From: Verrucomicrobiia bacterium
GTDB lineage: Bacteria > Verrucomicrobiota > Verrucomicrobiia > Limisphaerales > JAKPVM01
Length of the DNA: 64,000 nucleotides
NCBI GenBank assembly: GCA_049968335.1
Contig: JBMFQZ010000006.1
Coordinates: 78,961-142,960, forward strand
Reading direction: 5' to 3'
Of this stretch, positions 58,110-64,000 are shown in pieces. The position numbers and the translations under genes were made by a program. The notes under the pieces are model-generated. The model saw only the letters and a list, made by a program, of their open reading frames with translations. It ran no database searches and was not told the origin of the DNA. Each line of letters opens with the position of its first letter. Within the stretch, counting starts at the first letter, position 1.

Positions 58110-58970
58110 ATGAAAATGAATAAAATAAAGACTATAGTGGGAGCGGTCCTCGGAGTTGCGGTTGTTGTTGCGAGCGCGCAAGCAGCGACCACAATCATTC
58201 AAAAAGGTTCAGACACGATGGTCATTCTTGCCCAGAAATGGGCGGAGGTCTATATGTCAAAGCACCCTGAAGTGAAGATACAGGTCACTGGGGGCGGCTC
58301 TGGCACCGGAATCGCGGCATTGCAAAATCAGACAACACACCTATGCGATGCGTCGCGCAAGATAAAAGCAAAAGAGATTGAGGCTTGCATAGCGGCGTTT
58401 GGAAAAAGACCAACAGAATATAAAGTCGCCATTGACGGGCTTTCTGTTTACGTTAACAGTGATAACCCAATAAAAGAACTTTCCACAGACCAACTGGAAC
58501 TGATCTTTACCGGAAAAATCAAAAACTGGAAAGAAGTTGGAGGGCCGGACGCGCCGATTGTTCTTTACAGCAGGGAGAACAGTTCAGGAACGTATGAGTT
58601 CTTTAAGGAACATATTTTAAAAGGGAAAGATTTTGCGGCTAACGCCCAGACGATGCCTGGAACGGCGGCGTTAATTCAGGCGATTTCAAAAGATAAAAAT
58701 GGCGTTGGTTACGGTGGCGCGGCATACGGCGAAGGCGTGAAAAGTTTGTTAATTAAAAAAGATGCCAATTCCCCGGGCATTGCGCCTACGGAGGAGAATG
58801 TCGTAAATGGCACCTACCCGATCTGGCGCTATCTGTACATTTACGTCAATCCGGCTCTGGATAAAGGAGAAATTGCGCAATATCTAAGATGGATACTTTC
58901 CGATGAAGGACAAGCCGTTGTAAAGGAAATCGGTTACTATCCATTACCCAAGAACCTTCGTAATAATTAA
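58110..58970 (+). CDS. pstS: Phosphate ABC transporter substrate-binding protein
   Basis: It has GSDTMVILAQKWAEVY and TGGGSGTGIAAL. AAAGGAGAG lies upstream. Confidence 0.9.
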   Translation: MKMNKIKTIVGAVLGVAVVVASAQAATTIIQKGSDTMVILAQKWAEVYMSKHPEVKIQVTGGGSGTGIAALQNQTTHLCDASRKIKAKEIEACIAAFGKRPTEYKVAIDGLSVYVNSDNPIKELSTDQLELIFTGKIKNWKEVGGPDAPIVLYSRENSSGTYEFFKEHILKGKDFAANAQTMPGTAALIQAISKDKNGVGYGGAAYGEGVKSLLIKKDANSPGIAPTEENVVNGTYPIWRYLYIYVNPALDKGEIAQYLRWILSDEGQAVVKEIGYYPLPKNLRNN

Positions 58971-59017
58971 CCTATGATGATGCCCCTGCGTCCTAAAATC
59001 AAAATAAAGGAGGTAAA

Positions 59018-60205
59018 ATGAAGACAGTGTTTAACCAAGAAAAAACTATCAACTCGGTTGCGGGACGCAGGGGCGTTTTATATAGAAAGATCAAAGAATT
59101 GGTAGTTGAAAAGATATTATTCCTGATTTCATTATCAGTTATAACTGCTATATTCTGCATATTCCTGTTTGTAGGAAAAGAGTCGTATCCGGTTATTGTT
59201 GGAAAGACAAACAGCGCCCTTGTTCAGGAATTAATAAAACCGGAAGATATAGATAAACATTCACTTGAGGAGATACGGGCTTATTTAGGACTGCCGAAAT
59301 CCAAGTTTAAAAAGATGGACAGGGAAACAATAATCTCGTTGATTGAGATAAAATATGAGGCATACAAAGAGATTCCCGAAAACTTTAAAAACGACAAGGA
59401 CGCAAAGATCAATACTACAGAATGGAGATATTTAATACTACCGCATCAATGGACTGGATATGACAAGCCAGTTTATATCTGGCAGCCTGTTAGCAACATT
59501 CAAAAATACAATATTATTCCACTTATTGTTGGGAGTCTTAAGACAACTTTTGTTAGTTTGATATTTGCAATTCCGATTTCAATAGCCGCGGCAATTTACG
59601 TGTCTCAACTTGCAAAACCGTCGTTAAGAGAGACTTTAAAGCCTGCAATTGAGCTATTGTCCGGGATACCATCTGTAGTTGTCGGTTTTTTTGCCCTGCT
59701 GGTAATGGCGTCGTTTTTTCAATCAATATTTAAATATGAAATCCGTTTAAACGCGTTTGTTGCCGGTGTTGCATTGAGTTTTGCTTTAATTCCAATAATT
59801 TTTTCCATTGCTGAAGACGCGCTCTACTCTGTGCCGCGTTCAATCATAGATGGGGCGTATGCGTTAGGGGCGTCAAAATGGCAGGCGGCATATCAGGTAT
59901 GCGTTCCTGCGGCGTTATCTGGAATATTTGCGGCAGTTTTACTTGGATTTGGCAGGGCGATCGGAGAAACAATGATTGTTTTGATGGTTACTTCTGCCAG
60001 CGAGATGACGTGGAATATATTTGAGGGAGCGCGGACTATAACCGCTACCATCGCTGCTGAAATGGCAGAAGTTGTCTTTCAGAGCCCGCACTACAGAATC
60101 CTGTTTCTGCTCGGCACTTTACTATTTGGATTTACCTTTATTTCAAACATAGTAGCGCAAACAGCAATCGCGAAATTTAAAAGTAAATACGAAGGGCTTA
60201 AGTGA
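59018..60205 (+). CDS. pstC: Phosphate ABC transporter permease PstC (with an extended periplasmic loop)
   Basis: The call rests on its position and the permease EAA-like region (EDALYSVPRSIIDGAYALGASKWQ). Confidence 0.85.
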   Translation: MKTVFNQEKTINSVAGRRGVLYRKIKELVVEKILFLISLSVITAIFCIFLFVGKESYPVIVGKTNSALVQELIKPEDIDKHSLEEIRAYLGLPKSKFKKMDRETIISLIEIKYEAYKEIPENFKNDKDAKINTTEWRYLILPHQWTGYDKPVYIWQPVSNIQKYNIIPLIVGSLKTTFVSLIFAIPISIAAAIYVSQLAKPSLRETLKPAIELLSGIPSVVVGFFALLVMASFFQSIFKYEIRLNAFVAGVALSFALIPIIFSIAEDALYSVPRSIIDGAYALGASKWQAAYQVCVPAALSGIFAAVLLGFGRAIGETMIVLMVTSASEMTWNIFEGARTITATIAAEMAEVVFQSPHYRILFLLGTLLFGFTFISNIVAQTAIAKFKSKYEGLK

Positions 60206-60207
60206 AA

Positions 60208-61164
60208 ATGGATATTAGAACAAACCCGGACATTGTCTGGAACTTAAAGGCAAAAAAACCAGACATAGGTTCAATATTTTTCACCGCTTTGAGCGGGTTT
60301 GCCGTCCTTGTAATTCTTGCTATTCTTCTCTTTATACTCGTTCATATTTTTTCGCGCGGTTTTAAATATATATCCTGGCATTTTTTAACAGCAATCCCAC
60401 GAAACAATTTTTTTGATCCCGAAACAGCCGGTATACTCCCTATGATAATCGGGACGACGTTAAAAGTTTTTATAATGACAATTTTTGGCGTACCCGTCGG
60501 GGTTATAACTGCGATTTATCTATCTGAATATTCTTCTAACAGTTCAAAAGCAACGCGCGTCATCCGCTCGGCTGTGAACAATCTTGCCGGCGTGCCGTCG
60601 ATTGTTTTCGGATTATTCGGGCTTGGATTTTTCATCAATTTTGTTGGCCAAAACCTTGATAATATGATGAATTATTCAGAACCTGTCTGGGGAAAACCGG
60701 GATTAATCTGGGCATCGTTGACATTAGCTGTGATGACATTGCCGGTCGTTATAGTTGCTACTGAAGAGGCCATTCGCGCAATACCGACCGGGGAACGAGA
60801 AGCCAGTTACGCGCTTGGCGCAACAAAACTCCAGACAATAGCCAATATCGTCCTGCCGAGGGCGTTGCCAGGAATTTTGACGGGAACGATCCTTGCTGTG
60901 AGCCGCGCCGCAGGCGAGGTAGCGCCGATATTATTCACCGGCGTTGCTTATTTTATGGTTGATCTACCACATAGGCTCACAGACCAGTTCTTAGACTTAG
61001 GCTTCCATATTTTTGTCTTATCCACTCAGTCTCCGAACATTGATAAAACCAAACCAATGCTTTATGGAACGGTCACTGTACTTGTTATCTTGACTTTTGT
61101 TCTCAACCTTATCGCAACGGTTATAAGAATGCGAATACGGAAAAAATACAGAACAAGCGCTTGA
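60208..61164 (+). CDS. pstA: Phosphate ABC transporter permease PstA
   Basis: It contains [29 protein letters not shown] at 60202 overlapping the pstC stop is an alternative start. Confidence 0.85.
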   Translation: MDIRTNPDIVWNLKAKKPDIGSIFFTALSGFAVLVILAILLFILVHIFSRGFKYISWHFLTAIPRNNFFDPETAGILPMIIGTTLKVFIMTIFGVPVGVITAIYLSEYSSNSSKATRVIRSAVNNLAGVPSIVFGLFGLGFFINFVGQNLDNMMNYSEPVWGKPGLIWASLTLAVMTLPVVIVATEEAIRAIPTGEREASYALGATKLQTIANIVLPRALPGILTGTILAVSRAAGEVAPILFTGVAYFMVDLPHRLTDQFLDLGFHIFVLSTQSPNIDKTKPMLYGTVTVLVILTFVLNLIATVIRMRIRKKYRTSA

Positions 61165-61171
61165 ACAATTT

Positions 61172-61996
61172 ATGAACGTAAAATTAAACGAAACCGAATT
61201 AGCACGCGTTAATAACCTGTTTCAACCTGCGGCAGGGACAACAGATACGATAGTTGAAATCAAGAATTTACGCGCCTTTTATGGCAGCAACGAGGTTTTA
61301 AAAAATATTTCATTCAATATTTACGAAAAGGTTGTAACGGCATTTATAGGACCGTCGGGTTGCGGAAAGACGACGTTGCTTAGATGCTTTAATAGAATGA
61401 ACGATTTTATTGAAAATTTTAGACTGACGGGCGTTATCCGGATTGGCGGGGTTGACATTAATGCAAAAGCCGTGGATGTAATTGAATTAAGAAAAAAGGT
61501 TGGTATGGTGTTTCAAAAATCAAATCCATTCCCGAAATCCATTTACGATAATGTTGCCTACGGGCTGAGACTGCTTGGGGTTCGTGACAAATCAGAATTA
61601 GACAATGTTGTTGAGTCTTCTCTTAAAGCGGCGGCGTTGTGGGACGAAGTTAAAGACCGGCTTAATTCAAGCGCGCTGGGGCTTTCGGGCGGTCAACAAC
61701 AAAGACTTTGCATTGCCAGAGCAATAGCGACTAAACCCGAGATCATCCTGATGGATGAACCGGCGTCGGCACTTGACCCGATCGCCACCGCCCAGATAGA
61801 AGAACTGATTCTTACATTAAAGAAAAATTACACCGTAATCATCGTTACACATAATATGCAACAGGCTACGCGCATATCAGACTACACAGCCTTTTTCTAT
61901 CTTGGCGAATTGATTGAATACGACAGAACAAAAAACATTTTCCTTAACCCGAAAACAAAACGAACTGAGGATTATGTCACAGGAAGATTCGGATAA
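61172..61996 (+). CDS. pstB: Phosphate ABC transporter ATP-binding protein
   Basis: It has [23 protein letters not shown] and [11 protein letters not shown]. Confidence 0.92.
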   Translation: MNVKLNETELARVNNLFQPAAGTTDTIVEIKNLRAFYGSNEVLKNISFNIYEKVVTAFIGPSGCGKTTLLRCFNRMNDFIENFRLTGVIRIGGVDINAKAVDVIELRKKVGMVFQKSNPFPKSIYDNVAYGLRLLGVRDKSELDNVVESSLKAAALWDEVKDRLNSSALGLSGGQQQRLCIARAIATKPEIILMDEPASALDPIATAQIEELILTLKKNYTVIIVTHNMQQATRISDYTAFFYLGELIEYDRTKNIFLNPKTKRTEDYVTGRFG

Positions 61997-62000
61997 AAAT

Positions 62001-62678
62001 ATGAAACAACGTTGCGACAGAGAAATAAATGACCTTGTTCAAAGGCTTCTCTATATGGGAATGTATACTGAGCGCCTTTTAAAATATGCAACAGAGGCAT
62101 TGTTTGACAAGAATATTGAACTTGCCAGGAAAATAAAAGAGAACACTTTCATGCTCGGCAAAATGGCTATTGAGATCGAAGATTTCATTATCACACTGCT
62201 TGCCAGAGCCCCTCTTGCTTCAGACCTGAGGTTAATCGTTATGTCTACTAAAATATCGCAAAACCTTGAACGAATAGGCGAAGAGTCCTCTAAAATAGCC
62301 ACGCGCGCCATTGAAATAGCAGATAGACAGATACCTGCCGACCTGGATAAATTCAAACAACTATCTAATAAAGTGACCAATATGCTACACCTCTCTCTGG
62401 AAGCCTTTGAACACCGCAACACGGAGCTTGCAAAATCTATAGTTCAAAAAGACGACGAGGTTGATTCTTTATACAAAGAACTCAGAAACGATTTAGAACA
62501 TAATATGTTGAACAATCCGCAGGATATTTACGTAAATCTTAACCTTATAACCATTGCTAAAAGACTGGAGAGAATCGCAGACCATACAGCAAATATTGCC
62601 GAAGAAGTGATTTATATATCAGAAGCGCACCATTTCCAGGATAAAACAGAGAATCAAGAAAACGATGAACAACAATAA
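62001..62678 (+). CDS. phoU: Phosphate signalling complex protein PhoU
   Basis: It has the two-repeat PhoU architecture (E..D...D motifs) and RLERIADHTANIAEEV. The start was set to the ATG at 62001, just after the pstB stop. Confidence 0.85.
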   Translation: MKQRCDREINDLVQRLLYMGMYTERLLKYATEALFDKNIELARKIKENTFMLGKMAIEIEDFIITLLARAPLASDLRLIVMSTKISQNLERIGEESSKIATRAIEIADRQIPADLDKFKQLSNKVTNMLHLSLEAFEHRNTELAKSIVQKDDEVDSLYKELRNDLEHNMLNNPQDIYVNLNLITIAKRLERIADHTANIAEEVIYISEAHHFQDKTENQENDEQQ

Positions 62679-62692
62679 AATAAGCCGTTTTT

Positions 62693-63373
62693 ATGGCTAA
62701 AAAAGTATTAATAGTAGAAGATGAGTCCGATGTACTTGAACTACTTGTCTATAACATAAAGCAAGCAGGGTATAATGTAATCACAGCCGAAGACGGCAAG
62801 GAAGCCCTCTGGAAAGTGAAGACTTATATACCGGATATTATTATTCTTGACCTAATGCTGCCTGTAATGAATGGAATTGAGGTATGTAAAATACTTAAAA
62901 ACGACCCGCTATATTCAAAAACGCCAATCTTGATGCTTACCGCAAGGGCAAGCGAAAACGACAGAATTGAAGGCTTTGAAGCTGGCGCGGATGACTACAT
63001 TGTAAAGCCATTCAGTATGCGTGAACTGCTAATAAGAATCAAAAAATTACTGAATAGTTTTACGAATAAAGAAAGAAAGAAAGTTAGATTCGCATCCAAC
63101 GGATTAGTTGTTGACGTTGATTCATTCAAGGTAACCTACAAGAACAAACCTATTGAATTAACTTCTCTTGAGTTTAAATTGCTGCTAACATTAATGGAGA
63201 AAAAGGGCATTCTTTTAACGCGCGATCAACTATTATCTGAAGTTTGGAATTACGACGCAGTGATTGAAACCAGAACTGTTGATGCTCATATAAGTAGATT
63301 AAGAGAAAAACTCGGTCCAGCAGGCAAATTTATACAGACTATTCACCGCTTAGGTTATAGATTTAATGATTAA
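62693..63373 (+). CDS. phoB: OmpR/PhoB-family response regulator
   Basis: The receiver domain has DESD and IILDLMLP. The winged helix has LTSLEFKLLLTLM, VDAHISRLREKL and RLGYRF. Confidence 0.8.
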   Translation: MAKKVLIVEDESDVLELLVYNIKQAGYNVITAEDGKEALWKVKTYIPDIIILDLMLPVMNGIEVCKILKNDPLYSKTPILMLTARASENDRIEGFEAGADDYIVKPFSMRELLIRIKKLLNSFTNKERKKVRFASNGLVVDVDSFKVTYKNKPIELTSLEFKLLLTLMEKKGILLTRDQLLSEVWNYDAVIETRTVDAHISRLREKLGPAGKFIQTIHRLGYRFND

Positions 63374-63442
63374 AAATAGATTCTTCTAACATATTCCAAT
63401 CTCAACCTACGCAAGCAATATTAAATAACATTTACCTAACCA

Positions 63443-64000
63443 CTATTGCGCGATTTTTACCTTGTAATACACATTTCCAGAGGAGCCGGGGAGGAGTTCG
63501 CCGGTGAGTATCCATTTAATCTGTCCAACAGCGCCGGGGACAGGATGAGTTATCACGATGTTTGATATGTTTGGTGGGGGAACGCTGTTTGTCGCGCTTA
63601 CAAAAACAGTGTAGTTAGGTGTTGAGTCGTAAATGACAATATTAGTTATCGCCGCCTGACTGTTGTTGGAATATTTGATCGTATATGAAAGGAGATCGCC
63701 GGGCAGTGCGGTCGCTTTGTCAACCTCTTTTATTAACACGAGACCGGCGTTAGACGGGGTTCCAGCAACGGTTATGTCCGTCCTTGAATTTGTCGTTGTA
63801 ATTAGCGGCGATGTTCCTGCGTAAGTAAACAGTGCGGAAACGGTAATTCTATTATTAGCGTTTGGCGGCGCTGTGATAGGAACAAAGTCTCTAACAATAA
63901 TGCATATAGTCTGACCGGCTGCGAGATATATCGGACTTGTGATAACAGTTTCTGATGAATCAACAACGTTGTTGCAGTTGTCGTCTTTGAAAATGACCTG
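63443..64000 (-). CDS. DUF11-type repeat (conserved repeat domain) surface protein, 5' part outside the window
   Basis: It contains LIKEVDKATALPGDLLSYTIKYSNNSQAAITNIVIYDSTPNYTVF. I translated this frame by hand from the GTG at 63739 up to about 63841 and found no stop, so the gene probably continues to the window edge. Confidence 0.7.
   Translation of the reverse strand, partial: QVIFKDDNCNNVVDSSETVITSPIYLAAGQTICIIVRDFVPITAPPNANNRITVSALFTYAGTSPLITTTNSRTDITVAGTPSNAGLVLIKEVDKATALPGDLLSYTIKYSNNSQAAITNIVIYDSTPNYTVFVSATNSVPPPNISNIVITHPVPGAVGQIKWILTGELLPGSSGNVYYKVKIAQ

Noticed and set aside
1-64000. CRISPR arrays, rRNA genes and prophage structural genes
   Set aside because: No regularly spaced short direct repeats, rRNA-like sequence, or capsid/tail/terminase-like ORFs were seen anywhere in the window.

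Overview
This is a 64-kb chromosomal window of moderate to low G+C. A DUF1559-type prepilin-like protein with an H-X9-DG tail, a sulfatase, a Minf_1886-like protein, many secreted hypotheticals and a nine-haem cytochrome suggest a PVC-group or related uncultured lineage; this is inference only. The backbone carries tRNA-His, lemA, mgtA, thrS, leuS and a clan GH-A glycosidase. It also has an orphan histidine kinase/OMP/LTXXQ cluster, the conserved nusA-infB-rbfA-nrnA-truB-ribF block, a DinG-like helicase and a full porin-pstSCAB-phoU-phoB cluster. Four accessory items stand out. (1) The main item is a ~7.5-kb, partly G+C-rich insertion (38.3-45.8 kb) bracketed by a ~296-bp direct duplication of two converging host gene ends, with no recombinase gene. 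It carries a tightly chained minus-strand operon: a small RHH-like ORF, a 48-aa ORF, a 245-aa ORF, a 1198-aa Eco57I/PglX-like N6-adenine methyltransferase, a 555-aa OLD-family ATPase-Toprim nuclease and a 201-aa orphan. The last ~90-130 bp of the methyltransferase gene is present three times, with one copy after each downstream gene, and the third copy is a mosaic of the other two. This looks like stepwise cassette accretion. The methyltransferase + OLD pairing lacks every BREX, Gabija or PARIS partner, so it is a candidate undescribed restriction-like defence system. (2) A BcnI/MvaI-type type II R-M pair sits in an AT-rich islet (19.3-21.3 kb). (3) An AT-rich patch with a truncated methyltransferase start lies next to tRNA-His. 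(4) There are two families of structured intergenic repeats. All functional calls come from motif recognition by eye; no database search was possible.
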